Below the pieces are notes generated by a model. It was not told the origin of the DNA. It ran no database searches and was given only the letters and a program-made list of their open reading frames with translations. 64,000 nt of DNA from Raillietiella orientalis (lineage: Eukaryota). Location: assembly GCA_036172245.1 (NCBI GenBank), contig JAYWIR010000023.1, positions 372,001-436,000 on the forward strand, given 5' to 3'. Shown piece by piece: positions 14,900 through 28,700 of the stretch; position 1 is the stretch's first letter; each line of letters starts with the position of its first letter. A program made the position numbers and the translations under genes.

Positions 14900-15500
14900 G
14901 CACAAAAGTTGACATTCGAGCGTTTATCTCGTTAAAAATATTCGTGCAAAAACACACACAAAAACGAACCATTTCCATGGGAAGAAGTTCCTGTGAAAAG
15001 CCTGTTCTTGTGATTCTGTTGTGAACGCGAATCACGCAGACGTCATCCAAGGTCTGGTGTAGCAGGTGAAACGTTTTTCAATAGTTTTGAAAGGTGTTTT
15101 TATAAGACGCAGTAGTCTGACTTCCTGTACGAGCCAAAACAACGAGTACACTACGACGGGCAATCGCAATTGTTTTTGGTACAGTGAAAGCGAGCCTTCG
15201 ACGAAGATTTCCGTTGCCAGAGCGAAGGTTCGTGCCGCGGGAACGCGCATCTCGAACTTGTGTGCAGCATTAAACTTGATGTAATCAATTCCCGTGTGCG
15301 GGCATCTGTTCTTCGAGCATCTTAAAGTTCATCCAACAGTGCTTTCTTGCGAGCAACAGTGGCAAGAAATTTTCAGTTACGGTGATGTGTGAATTTTCCT
15401 TTCTGACTGAAGTAATCAGTTTTTTGGGGGGGCCTCACGGCTTGCAACCATCCGTATACTGTTACCACGGGCATTTGCATTTCGCTTCCATTTGCTCCTT
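14900..15500 (-). mobile_element. Possible decayed hAT (Buster-like) transposase fragment; second partial copy near 8850
   Basis: Fragmentary motifs YTDG.., IDYIK and MRVPAARTFALATEI..LSLYQKQLRL in the order expected for hAT VNxIK..RLFxxLC..LLLHTEVRWL; the local repeat copy supports a mobile origin. Confidence 0.3.
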
Positions 15501-15879
15501 GAAATCGATATACAGAAAACACAGCAAAGTCGGAACAGTTTCTTTTATTTGGCATTCAAAAATAGAAAAATGATCACGCTAATTTATTTCAGCCGAGAAA
15601 GAGGCAGCCTCGAATTCAAAGTTGTAGCACCCATTGTTTTTGACAGATATTCAATTAAATCTTAACAGCAATGGGCCAACGCAAGTACAGATGTATACTG
15701 TACTCATAATTATAAAAAATAAATTATTTTAATCAACAGTAATGCATCATGAAATTAAGGAAAACAAAAACAAAGCTTTTCTGCAGATTATTACAATTTG
15801 TCCACAAGACGGATAACACTAACTGCGTATGCTGGAGACTGCAAAAGAGACTTAAAAGAGGGATTTTTCTGACTTCATG

Positions 15880-16504
15880 TCATCGTCCAGTCCACGAGAA
15901 TGTCATTTCTCCGAAAAATTCCCCTCGGATTCGTCGTACCAACTGAATGTCACTGAGCATCAATGTTTTCCTCTTGGCATGAAGAGTGAAATAGTTTGCC
16001 ATCTCAAATACTGTGACCATGTAGGCCTCAGCAGACTCTTGTAAGGCATTGATAGCTTGCTTCTGAAATCTAAAACTATTTCATTCTGTATCTATCAATC
16101 TCTGTAGCATACCTCACTTCTTGGCCACCTCTTAACTGCATGCAGATTTCATAGACAAGCCTATAAAATGGAAGTTTTCTCAAAAGTAACTGAGTTGACC
16201 TTTGCATGGCACGGATTTCATGTAGAGCCCTAGAGTGTTGCACCCTCCTCTAAATAGATTGTTCCCATTATTAACAATAAAATATAGTGGGTGCCACCTG
16301 TATCAAACGAGGTTCTGATGCAGTACTGCTGGAAGCTGCATTGTTAGCTACTGCTGAACCAGAAGGCTGTGAAGAGCTTCTGGCATTGGATCTTTGAACA
16401 TTTCTATTCCTGTTTTGTTGATTGCCTTGTCTGTTACTGGACCGTCTTCTTCGTGTGTTATTTCGCTGTAAATCCCTAGCATGAACTCTTCTTTGCCTAG
16501 CCAT
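15880..16504 (-). CDS. CENPA: Centromeric histone H3 variant (CENP-A/cenH3), 177 aa, 3 coding exons
   Basis: Exons 16504-16298, 16249-16113 and 16069-15880 (48- and 43-nt GT-AG introns). Histone fold [88 protein letters not shown]. Non-H3 Arg/Asn/Ser-rich tail, H3 Q68 replaced by Y, loop 1 two residues longer than H3. Confidence 0.88.
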
Positions 16505-17255
16505 TATATTCAGAAGTAAATGTTGCGAAGATGCTCTCTGTTGTTACTGCTGTATAAGCTTCACATGGATTCCATAAAATGATAGCATTTTTAAAGCTTG
16601 GTAAAAGGATTTACTGCAAACTTGTCTATTCTTGGAAATCATATCAAGTATCTGTTTTCTTTTTATTCATAGTATTTGCTTCAAGGCAGCAAAATGTCTG
16701 ATACCAATAAACAAATTTAATAAGACGATGAATGTGTTGAAGAGTTATGCAATAAACCCCATCAAATTGAACTTCTGACAACTAGGAATTGAAAAGACAA
16801 TAATAACCAGAAAACAACTAACATGAACATGAATTCATGGCAAACATTTTAGTGCATGCAGTTATATAATTTGAGAATACATAATATATTGATATGCAAC
16901 CATAACTCTTTGCTACCAAAATAAAATAATTAAAATTACATTGACAACCAGCCGTCTTCAATTATCAAAACCGTAAAGGATACAGAAGTAATTGTAAATG
17001 TTGAAAATACCCTTGAAAATATCAAATTTTAGATCAACACTAGAATTTCTTTGATCCTTACAAAAATGGAATTGAAAACAATTGCTCAAAAGTAAACAAC
17101 TGAAAAGTGCACATTCGCATTCTCAGAACCAAAGTTATAGGCTTAATAAAATCAAACTACTTATTGCTGTCAAATTTTTGAAAACTAGAAAACACGAATT
17201 TTAATTTTTGAAGAAATTAAAGCGCAAAATTAAATTCAAGCGTAAAAAAACAAAT

Positions 17256-17269
17256 TTCAAATTTCCCGC
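17256..17269 (-). promoter_or_regulatory. E2F site abutting a CHR element (GCGGGAAATTTGAA) upstream of CENP-A
   Basis: Plus strand TTCAAA (17256-17261) followed by TTTCCCGC (17262-17269), about 750 bp upstream of the CENP-A ATG and in the gene's orientation. Confidence 0.55.
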
Positions 17270-19939
17270 ATTTAACTTATCTCTAAGTGATCTCAACTTA
17301 GTTTGTTTTTTAAAAACATTTTATTTCTTTCAAGAAAAAAATTTACAATTACAAAAGTCGAGTTGATAAAATTACTAAACGTGCGCAAAGTAAATGAAAA
17401 ATAATTACAAGTTCATGAGTTCTGCGTTGAGATTGATTAGAGGAAACAAAAAAGCACCTCATTGAAGACATCCCACATTTGAAGAGCATTTAACATTCTA
17501 CTTTGGAGATATTTCCTGTACACTTTAATTAATAGCTTTACATTTGGAGTGAAATTTGAAAATGTATAGCTAACAGAATACAATGTTTATTATTCATTCT
17601 ACAACAAACAATATTTATCACATGCAAATGTATATGTGTGTATTTAATTTACTTAAAGAATCAGATATGCATTACATATCGTCTGAGTTTTTCAGTGCTT
17701 GTTTTCGAAATTTCCTTGAACCCTCAAAAGCTCAAATTCTTTATCTGAAGATAAAATACTTTTACGAATAGTATATATTTTTTTGTTTTGGTTTAATCTA
17801 ACAAAACAAGGATAATCTTATCGCTAAAAGTGTTGCACAGGAATAACTAAAAACCCTTTATTACCAAAGAGACGAGCACAGATTATTACTACTTCTCATT
17901 CACTACATAAAGTTTGCCAAATTGATCTAAACCTAAGGGTAATCCTTTTTTATTTTGATCTCTAGGAAGCTTTGGGAAAGGGATATTTCTTATTAGATCA
18001 TGCATAATTAAATGGAATGCAGAATCAAGGAATTTTTCCATCGGTTGTTTTGCTTTTTGTTTTGGAAAAAAGTCATTCCTTAGACTGCACATCCCACGAA
18101 ATTGCATATTTTCTATACAGAAAAGATAATCTACTAGTTTCATAGAATAAACATCACAAACATGCATAGAACAAGATGCAGTCGAAGTTGCTCTTCAACC
18201 ATAGGATATCCTCACTCTCCTTCCCAAGATACAACTCATTGCATCATATACACTCAATAAATCAAATAATGAATAACTTCTCACGATGAGATAGATTCAC
18301 CTAGGAACGGGCAATAGAGGTTGCAGCATTTTTTCTTTGAAGCATTTTTTTGCTAAATCATATGCTTCTCTTTGCTGTTCCTTTGTGTGTTCTTGCATAA
18401 TTGCAGTTCTTGCATGATTTTCGCATAAAGCAAATTGAAAAGAAAAAAAAGAAGGTACTAGAATTCGATGGCACCAGTATTTTCGATCTGTTGAATGTCT
18501 CCAGTCTAAGCCTTCTTCCATCGTGCTGAATTTATGACATCATTTTCCCGCTGTCCATGGAGGTATTTTTTACAGACAGTCCATGTACTTTTGGGCAAAA
18601 GAGTTCGAGGCTCAGTATCCTGGATGAGGGTGAGGGACAAGGATGAGCAATAATTAGGTGCCTTCTATGTGAACATTAATGCGAGATTTTGAGTCTATTT
18701 GTTCGTGGTTGCGGCAGAAAGAAAGAGACTCCTTTCATGACCCCTACCCTTAGTTACAATTAACACCTACTGAAGTATTTTAATAAAGGAGTAACTGTCT
18801 GCAGGGAACGCAAGTTTCAATACTGCGGAAGAGAGCAAGGATTGCCTCAATAATCTTTCTTCAGATTCACTCCATGAGAAAACTCTATCATTTTTCAAGA
18901 TTTGCGGTTTCCGAAGCATGAACTTGTTGAGTTTGATGTGCTCTCAAGTTATTATCAAATCCCAAAGCACGAGACTAAAAACTTTCTCTACATCCCTTTG
19001 GAATCACTTTCGAAACGGGCGTGATTACATTTGTGTCCGGCGTTGCAGTTTGGCTTTCGGAAGCACATTCCGGGAAAAAAGCAATCTGCCATTCCGGCCA
19101 TTCTTATAGAAGTGGCATTAAGATCCTTGTAATGTGACTAATGTTTCGAATATGTTAGGCATCAGCTTTGATTTCCGAGATTCCCGGAGGATTATTTTAA
19201 ATTGCTTTTCGATCAATTTTCTAAATCATTTCGGTCTTCATGTCCCTCATGATTCTGAAGAGACGGGAATTCCCAAATTCATCGCCGTTGCTAGTTCGGG
19301 ACGCAGAACCTCTGGTGCCTCCTGAGACACTCAGAAGACAACAAACTTGCGCTTTTTTCGTGTTACACAATGCCCGAAGCATAAAAAAGGACCGATCTAA
19401 GGCTCAGGCTTTTGAAACACAAGACAAGGAATATAATAATGGAGGGGCACATGATGAAACTGCGACTTTCGGCAAGACACCTCGACAGTCGCAAGCACAC
19501 AGTAGCGGAGTCCATTTCTTTCTTGTTTGCTTGGCTTTTGTGCTCCCTTCCTGATTGCCAGCCGGAAACATGATGGAAACTAGCAGGGGAGCAGCGAAAC
19601 TTTTCTCAGTGTTTGCAGCATGGAATAACCAAAGAGCCACCAATTCTTCCTTGGTAACCTACCCTGAGTACTACTTCGTGAGAAGCAAAATACCTTTATT
19701 TCTGGACTCTGGAAATCTGCAGATAGGTTTCCGAGAATTTCGTGGGTGAAGGGAGGCATGCGTTAGCAATTCATTGACTATCTCTATTTCGGTGGTTAAT
19801 AACTAAGACTTATTTTCTTCAGCTTGAAAAAAGTCTTTATGTCCATCTCAGCGAACGCATGCCGCCTTCCACAAACCAAAGATTTCCAGAAGGGGATGGG
19901 AGCGTCACCGAAAAGAGGGCAACGAGTCCTCCTGTGAAC

Positions 19940-22740
19940 TCACATGTTCTCTCTTTCGCAATCCAACTCCTCACTGCCGAACTGCGGAGGCGGAACTATA
20001 GCTTGCTGACCAGACGCCGCCCGCGCCTCCGCAGGGGCGTCACCAGACAGCTGAATGCTGGTTTCCACATGGTTCTCGTGACCCACAGTCGACTCGTGCG
20101 GCATGAGCATTGGAGGCGATCGGAACAAGTAGCAGAACGGGTAGTAGAAAAGGTTGAGGAACGTGGACGCGTAAAGGTCGGCGTAGCGGAGGACCTGGCA
20201 AGCGAAGAAGGTCAGGCGTGAGCCTGTCCGGAATAAGGAGCCCAGGTTGCCGTAGGCATTGTCCAGCTTTTGACTGATCTCGTGGATAGCATCGTGTACG
20301 AAGCGGATGTCCGGCTTGTCCTTTGTGCTGCTGTCCAGGTTGCGGTACAGATCGCCCAGAGCCACATCCAACGTTTGCAGCTTCTGGAAGAGCAGGCACT
20401 GGTTCGTCCACACATGTAGCTCGTTCTGCAGCTCCGGAATGATGAGGAATGTGCGCCAGCCACTTGTCTTCTTCGACTTCAGGATGTCGCCGAAAATGTG
20501 GTCACCGATGTACAGGACATCCTTGCCCTTGGCTCCAATCAGTTGGGAAAACACGTCCCGCGAACCACCGGAGTACACCTGACCTGGCCGCAAGGGCCCC
20601 ACGTGCGAGCCGATGCGGAGGGCGCCAGTCTCGCACTCCACCTGCCGTAGGATTGTCCCCTCCTCGAAGAACAGCGGCTTCTGAGCGTCCACGACGATGA
20701 AGTCGAAGAACGACTTCCAGGACGCGGGCTGCGCGCCCCCGCGGGGGGCGAAAACTTTATTCATTCCCTTCCATCCTGTTTCCTCTCACCTCTGACACAC
20801 CTGGATGGTCAAACAGGTACTGCATGATCCTCTGCAACACGCGCCCCCCCGGATGAGGTGGAAAAGTTCCCTTTCCCCTCCCCCCTCCCACTTATCTCCT
20901 GAGCTTACCTGCGTATATGCGTAGTTGCTGTTGGTGAGCAGGAAAGTCTTGGCGCCGTTCTCCCGCATCCTGCTCAACAGCAGTGGCAGCCTCTTGTCGC
21001 GGTACACGAACTTGGACAGATTCTCCAGTGTCTCTTGCTTCAGGCTGCCTTGGTCGTGGACCCAGGATACAGACGCTCGGATGTCTTGGAAGATAGAATT
21101 GAAGGACATGAAGATGTCGCCGCACTTGACTCCTGTTCCGGTCCTAGGATGGAAGGAGGGACCCGCCGCTGTGCTTTCGCTTGCACTTCCGGAGGGGAAG
21201 TGGCGGCTGCCCTGGCCGACTTACGCCGTGTACTGCTGGCATCTCTCGAAGTAGTCAATGACGCAGGCGATGAGATAGCTCTCTGGTTGGTTGAACAGAG
21301 TGCTCAGGACGTACACCCTGCTCTCATCGTACGGCAGGAACCGGTTCGGATACAGCTCGTACATCTCCGAACTGAAGAGTGAGGGAGGGGGAGAGCAACG
21401 CATGGGAAAAGTTCAGCAGGGAACGCGTGCGTAAAATAAAGGGAGGACACACTCACGGCATGAGGTACTTGAACCCATGGACGCACACCAGGATGTTGCC
21501 ATATCCATCCATCTTCAGCAGGTTTCCATAGTGTGTGTCAAACCACAAACCTCTAAAACGAAAAGTGCGCGTCCAGCTGGAGATGCGGGAAAAGGGAACA
21601 AAAAGAAGTGGGAAATGGTGATGGGGAGAACTAAACGTCTACCCAAAGAAGAAACGCTGAGGAATAAGAACGGGAAGGGAGACAGAGGGAAACGAGAACG
21701 AAGCAACTCCAGGACAGTCGTACTGCGTAGGCAGTCATCATGCGGTAGGAAACACGACGACACGCGCCCTTCAAAGTGAGAGAGCGGGAAGGGGTTCGTC
21801 TGTGAGATCCGAGACGTGGCGGGCTTGAGTGCGCCTGGCGAGGCAAGGAAACGCGATGGAGGTGTTACCGACACGGTTTGCTTGAGAGAGCTGATTGGGA
21901 AACGAATGGGGGAGGGGGATTCTTTGAAGGGAAAAACAACAGCGAAGCGCCGGGAGGGACACGGACGCCCTGCGGGCACACACGCGCTCGGAGGCTGGCA
22001 CGTTTGGTTTTCCTTGGAGTTCCGATGAGGAGGACAGGGTACAGTGATACCTGAATCCAGCACGACGTCCCACGAAGCTCTCCAGGGAACGCAGCTTCCG
22101 GCTTGCACCACGAATAACGCGATAACGAAGCAAACGGTTTTTTCCGGGCGCTCTTGGTGCGTGCCGGGGAACGTCTCCCGGTGGTCGCGAGCTGGCCGTC
22201 CGGGAAAAGCAAGAGAAGAGAAGACAAGCAGGCGGGCGAAAAAGGTGTCAGAGCAGCATTCGGATAGCCTCAGGGAACGCCCCGTCACGAACTACTATTG
22301 GCAAGCCGTATGCACAGAGAGGGAGACAGACGGTCGCCGAACTGAATGGAGCTCGGACACACGCTAGAGTGCGCGCACATGCCAATCAAAGGGCCAACGG
22401 CTGGCTATCGCCAGAGACAGAAAGCAGCCTCTCCCCTCCCTGGCAGTGCTCACCGCGCTCGAAAGACGGAAAGGGAGGACCCGCCCGCTGGCCACTTGCC
22501 TGATCGGGAACCGCGGGTCGTAGTTGAAGTCTAGCATGGCCGCAGGGTAGCCGATAGAGACCATTCTCTGCAGAATGAGCCTGAAGGCCAGCTCCTCGTA
22601 CTGCGGCGATTTGTACACTGGGAGTCAGCATACCTTTCGGAAGAGTCACGCTGGCGCCATACTCACCGGCAATCGTATAGTCGAGGTCGAAACCGAAGAA
22701 ACGGATCTTCTCCAGGTGCAAGCTGCGGTTCACGAAGACC
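19940..22740 (-). CDS. NT5C2: Cytosolic purine 5'-nucleotidase (cN-II, HAD family); first coding exon(s) not resolved
   Basis: Exons 22740-22667, 22617-22500, 21552-21457, 21371-21225, 21143-20909, 20831-20790 and 20728-19940 join in frame. [10 protein letters not shown] motif [52 protein letters not shown]. Confidence 0.96.
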
Positions 22741-25700
22741 CTGGAATACACGAGCCGTTTGCAGTGACTGCAGGGGGGACGCTGTCATCGACTCGCAGAA
22801 AGAGACCTGGAACGGCGAGCGAGCCGAAACAGCAACGAGTAAGCCCCTTTCCTTTAGGCCACATCGCCTCCCTTATCCTCCTCCTCCTCCGATCATTCCG
22901 CCTGCTTCCCTGTGCCAAGAGCTCCTCGACGACTCTCAATCGCCTCAATAAGGCTGCGTTCCGGCCAAAAATTTCCTGGGCGACGCATCCTGCCAATCCA
23001 CGTCGGCGGGAATCGCCCGCGATCCTCACAAGGACTACGGGACGAAAAGGGACCAGAGCCTCCACCAACGCGCTGAAGGGCGACGAAGCGTGTGCAGTTT
23101 AAGAGTTGCAACTGAAGAAAGCACCCTGGGGGACGCTCCCTTTCTCTTGGACTCTCGATTCCCCTTCTCCGGCAGCTATGGTTGTCCAGAGCACGCGTCC
23201 CCCCGTCCTCCGACACCTTGCTGTCACCTTACGGAATGCTCCCTACAGGAGAAAGGCAGCGCGATAATCCTTTCCCCCTCCCCTTCCTATTCTGCTTCTC
23301 CCGCCATCCCACGGCTGCCGGAGCCTCCCTATGCATGCAAAGACCACGTGCACTTTCGCGTATCTTCCCGAATCCCTTATATTGGACCCACATCCCGCAT
23401 TTTCGGATGATTGCAACTAACTCCCTCCACCAATCTCAAAGAGAAGGGCAAGACGCCAAAGATATCGAAGACACGGGCTCTTCACTCTTCCAGCTGATTC
23501 ACCTGAAACCATCTTGAGAAGATGGACATACTCGCCACAAGCACCAAGAACCGGGACAGGACCATGGGGTTCTCAAACCAGAATACAGAGGTCGACCTGC
23601 AAGGCCCTTCCTCGTGTCACCACCTTCTTTCCCAACACCGGCGCGAGTGGCCAGGCAGTTCATCCTCTTCCTTCCCCGGTGATAATCCTCACGACTATCC
23701 GTCTTGGGGGATCACGCGGTCAGTCCCAAAACGAATAAGCCCACCGCTTCCATGCATGTGTATTTTTTCTGCTCGATTCTATTGGCTCGACACTGTGCAC
23801 CTTCCCCACCCCGATCCCGCGTACCGGGGCAGGCGGGGGAGTGGACCTGCGAGATTCTTCAGATTCTGAAGGCGAGTGCACGTCGACAGTTCTTTCCACT
23901 TTATTTTCATTGCCCCTCTCCTCTTCTTTTCCCACTGGACCTGCGTACGCCATCGACGTGACATGAGCGTGTGCCTGCAGACCACGCTGGATAACTCTGA
24001 AGTAATACGAGCGAAGCAGGTCTTCTATTCGAAACGACTCCTACGCCCCGTATTCCTATTTCGCCATCCTTCCCTGCAGGAGAGGCGCTCTGCTTCTCGA
24101 TCCGTTTCTGGGGATCTACAGACGGCCGCTCCTGATCGGAAGAGACAGGGGAAGGGAAGGGAAAAAAGGTCAGCGAGAGAGGATAAGAGATACCACTAGC
24201 CGGGCAGGCCATGAGGCAATGCCAGAGAGATGCTGAGATGAGCGGAACTGAGAACCACGGGACAGGCAGTCACAAAAATGGAAAGGAGGGAGGGAGGAGA
24301 GAGACAGAAGACGAGAGCAACTTTTCATTTCTCGATTATATTTCGTTAACCAAATGATCGCCTACACCTTCACTGGGGGTTTCCGGAACATACAGGTAGG
24401 AGGCGTGGTTGTCATTGCAGGAGCAGGGACGAGGTTTCCCTGCTGCGGACGAACCATCGGTGGAGCGGAGCTGCGTCTCCCATGTGAACGCGCCTGCTGC
24501 TCTTTTCGTGTTCCAAAATAGCAACTGCGCGCACGCAACGAGAGGAACGCTGTGTGGAAAGGGCAATTTGCTGAGGGATAGGCGGAGGTTCATTGTGGTT
24601 CATGTGCCACCGCGAAGCTCCGGGAGAGGCAGAAACTCGAACTAAGCCGTCGAGGCATCGATGAGCTGGCCAGCATTTGCAACGAAAGGACAAGAAGGAG
24701 AAAAGGAATGGGGAAAGGAATAACAAATAAAAGCTAAAAAGCCAAATAAATGGACGAAGACGAAAGAAGAGGAGAGGGAAGCAGCGTAGTGGTGTGTGGA
24801 AGGCTTCATGATCAGGAGGATTTCCACATATCCCCGGCGCACGATGGGGAATGGATCAGGGACGCTTCCCGTACCGAAGCTGCTCACGGACCAAAATGCA
24901 ACAGCGTTCAGTTGTCATCCAGCAACACAGGGTGCTCCTGGCGAACTGTAACAGAACACAGCAACAGGAGAGACTTCTTCACCACATAGAAGTAAACCGA
25001 CAGACAATGGGGAACCACAGAAGAACGCGGCTGTTAGATTCTGGCCGTGGTAACTATGCGTCCCGCAATTCCGTTCGGAGCATATGGGCAGGCGCGCACG
25101 CAGCACTCTTCCGTCGGCAACAAACGGTATGCGAAGGACGTGAGCAGAGGTATCTTCCTTGGAGCGACCCTTGGAGCCACACGTGGACCTGCCCAGGCGA
25201 GGGTACACGCCACAGCAGGGGATGAAACTTCGATAGGAATCTAAGGGCAGCTATAGTCCTTTGCTCCTCCTTCCCTCCCTTCCTCCTGTAGAGGAGCATC
25301 GGCATTGCCACAGACATTCGCAAGAGATCTGAGGATCTCCGCCCCTCACCCATGGCACTGTCTACTCCTCTTAGACAGGTAGGAGGGGGGAAAGTAAAAA
25401 AAAAAAAAGAGGAAAAAGGGGCGCTAAGAGCGCAAAAGAGCACGACGCAGGACATGAAGACTTCTTGGAGAACGCGGGTCGCAATCCTCCACGGCCAGAC
25501 AGAGAAACGCCATTCTCGCATCATATCGCTTTTTCCCGAGAACTGGTGAGGCAGAAGACCGAAGAACTCTAACCGAACGGGAAGCAGTAGATCTGCGGAC
25601 TAAGAGGGACGACGAGGAGGAAGGCCGACTCCCGGCGAGCGAGAGCCTTGGTACGAGGTCGCGCGATCAGACTCACGTGAAGGAGGATCCCATGAGTAAC

Positions 25701-28700
25701 CCACGGCAGGTCTCCAAAGGAAAGACTGCACGAGGACCGGACTCGGCTCAATGGAATCCTCGGAAAGGACCAGGAACACCAGCCTACTAGGGGTCCTTTG
25801 GACACGTCTGTAAGTTTACGGTCGCTAGGAACGACGAAGGGGAAAAAACGGAGCGAGATTAACGCGGCGATTCGGCTTAGCGGTATCCATGGGAAACGCC
25901 CTCAGTCGCGTGGTCGATAGAGCACGCAGACCGGCAGAGGAGGAAAAGTCGTGGAGCTTGTCAGAGAAAGCATGCCGAAAGAAACCTGGAAGCAGCCAGA
26001 GTCTGTGAGCAGAAAGCGAAACGAGAGGCAGTGGCTGGTATGTGTGCGTCGCGCGCTGAAGTCCAGATGACGCTCTCTCTGCGAGATGTGTGCGGTGTTG
26101 CACTGGAGTAAAATGTTCCCTCATGCCATCGAGTCGTGGACCCGGGAATGGCAAACCAAAAAATGCGACCATGTACATGCGCTAGGATGAACCAAAGAGG
26201 CTCACTCCAGAGGTCTCCCGTCGCGCGCTGTAGAAGGGAACCAGCTTTTTCCGAAGAATTGTAGCAACCTCGCCAACCGGGTCCACGTTCGTCATGAGAA
26301 CTTCCTTCCTCAGAGGGATCCATAGCGTGGCATTTCCAAGGAGTCTCGTCCTCCTAAGGCAACGCCTTGAGAGCTGACCTGCAACGAGGACTCCGTGGCA
26401 CTTCCATGACCAACATGAGCCGTCTTGAACGGTCGACAATTGGCGAATTCAGGAGCGGTCCCGCAAGGCACCTAATAACACCAAGGGTCTCTCAACCTCT
26501 GCTTGACTCTGCAGTCGCTGGAATGTGCAACGGTATTTCCAGGCCTCGCCTAGGGCAACAAACTCGCTGTGACGTGCCAGCAAAGATGCTGGAAAGCACA
26601 GCTGCCCTCTACTACTCCGTCACGAATCGATCATCTCGGACTGTCGTCACCTTTTCCACAGCATTTAGACAACAGTGATGGGCAATAGGACCTCCTGGAT
26701 CAGCGCCTCGCCCGACAGTCACCGAAAGAAACGCCTGTCGGCAAACCTCGGGGGATGACCTCAAGAATTCAGTATGGCATATTATGGCCTGCACTGAAGG
26801 CACCAGTCAGCCACACCCGCCCCTGGCTGAAGGGGTTTCAGCCAAATTGGCAACCAGCAGCGAGTCAAGTGCTCAAAGGTAACCCAATGCACAGGATGAG
26901 TATGTTTGGTGCCGCATGGTTACCTCGCCGAAACATGCTCGCAGCTCCAAGGTGATACGTGTCAAAGCCACCTATCCACTCGTAGCAGCATGAACCCCAA
27001 CGCCACCTTCTTCATCTATCGTCCTTTTCCGCTAGCCATCGCAGCCACATATAAAGTTAATCCGCTCCTTCCGACTCCCTTATGAGGAGCTATCAACAGA
27101 AACGCCGCTTCTTTGCCACCATGAAAGACGCGTCCAAACGATTTCCGAACATGAAAATCATCTCCCGTGTTCCCCGGAATCAACATGCTACTGCCTTCTT
27201 CCTGTGCAGATCATTTTTACAAAAGTACGGTACGCGAAGCTCGGTTCTGAGAAGCGAAAGAGCATACCTATGTTCCGGATGGCGGTACCACTTCTTGGAT
27301 CGTCCATCCGCATCTTGGCTGTCTTCGGCAAAGCTCTCTGTGTGGTGAGAAATCCAAGACAAAGAATCGTCTTTTCTAAGGACTTCAGGGGAATCACTAC
27401 AGGACCCGAAAATGGAACGTGGAACATTCTCACATTTACTTTACATACTCATTCCAATCGGTCTCCATGTTAACAGGTCAGATAAGCAATACAATGGCAG
27501 CTTCTGGATTTCTATATTCTTTTGAAATGGTTATGCGGGAATAAACAGGGAATGTACCACCCCTCTGCATAACATCAGCTACTGAAAACACATGCACTCA
27601 CTTTAACATTAAAAAAACCAAAAAAGGAAAAAATGTTCCGGAAATCCCCACGGACGACTTTTGCGTGCAACTCAATGGTCAGTATTTCTTTAAGTGATGT
27701 GGAATCAGAGGGTACACCACAAAATACGGTGAAAATGAGAAGAACAGCAATTCAGATGTTTAATTCTGTTATGGACACCGAACCGAAATGGACACAGACG
27801 ATGCAAAGTGGATGGGTCACCGCGCACTATTTTTAAGGAAATAAACCGCGAGCATTATAAGGCAGTGTGAATCTCCGACACGTTAGCTAACACTTTAGAA
27901 TATTTGGGCACACCAACTGCGGCAAAACCTGCCGCCACCGATCACTTCGCACAAACTCTGGAAGCTCATGGTAAAAGTGCTTACAGCTAGAGTTCCAAGT
28001 ACAGGGAAACAGTCCAATCGATCTAATCTTTCAAAAGTAGGTCTTTTCACCAAGGCTTTTGCTTCTTCTCGAGAAATTCGTTGATGACCTTTCACGAATG
28101 CAAGTAAAAATCGGTTTTCAGCACCACAGTTTGATGGATATTGTCGTTATACCCAAAAGTGAAGCGGTGCACTGAGGAACGCTTGCATGGAGCAGCTTTT
28201 ACACCTATGCTGGGAAAAAGGGTATTTGTAAAGAGTCACCGCTAATTTGAAGGAAAAAAACAGCTACTTCACTTCGTGAGAAATAAAACAACTGGTTGAA
28301 CGGCAGGAGAATGGATTGCAACGCATATATTTAATCGGACCACTATCATAACGTGTGTTCCAAGCTCAATGGGCAGGAGCCGTTCCTGGAAACCTAAAAA
28401 CTCAATTTTCGATCTGTATTTCTGAACAAAGGCTGTCGTTCCCTTCCAAACGCACCGCTCCTTGAACAAAAAGTCTGGATGCGATTTCAAAACGCATCCT
28501 GCCCTAGAAAACAGACCTTCTTTGTCAGGAGTTCTAATTTACGATGCAAAGTGATTCAAGGGATTTTGGAAATGGCCTCCAGAAAAGTCCAAGCGGCAGC
28601 AGAAGGTAAAACCTCTTTGAGGGAAATCGAAACATTTTCGAAAATAGCTCTAAAACACTTAAAATGCAATCTTAGTCTTTGAAGCCCTTCCGGGTGTGCA

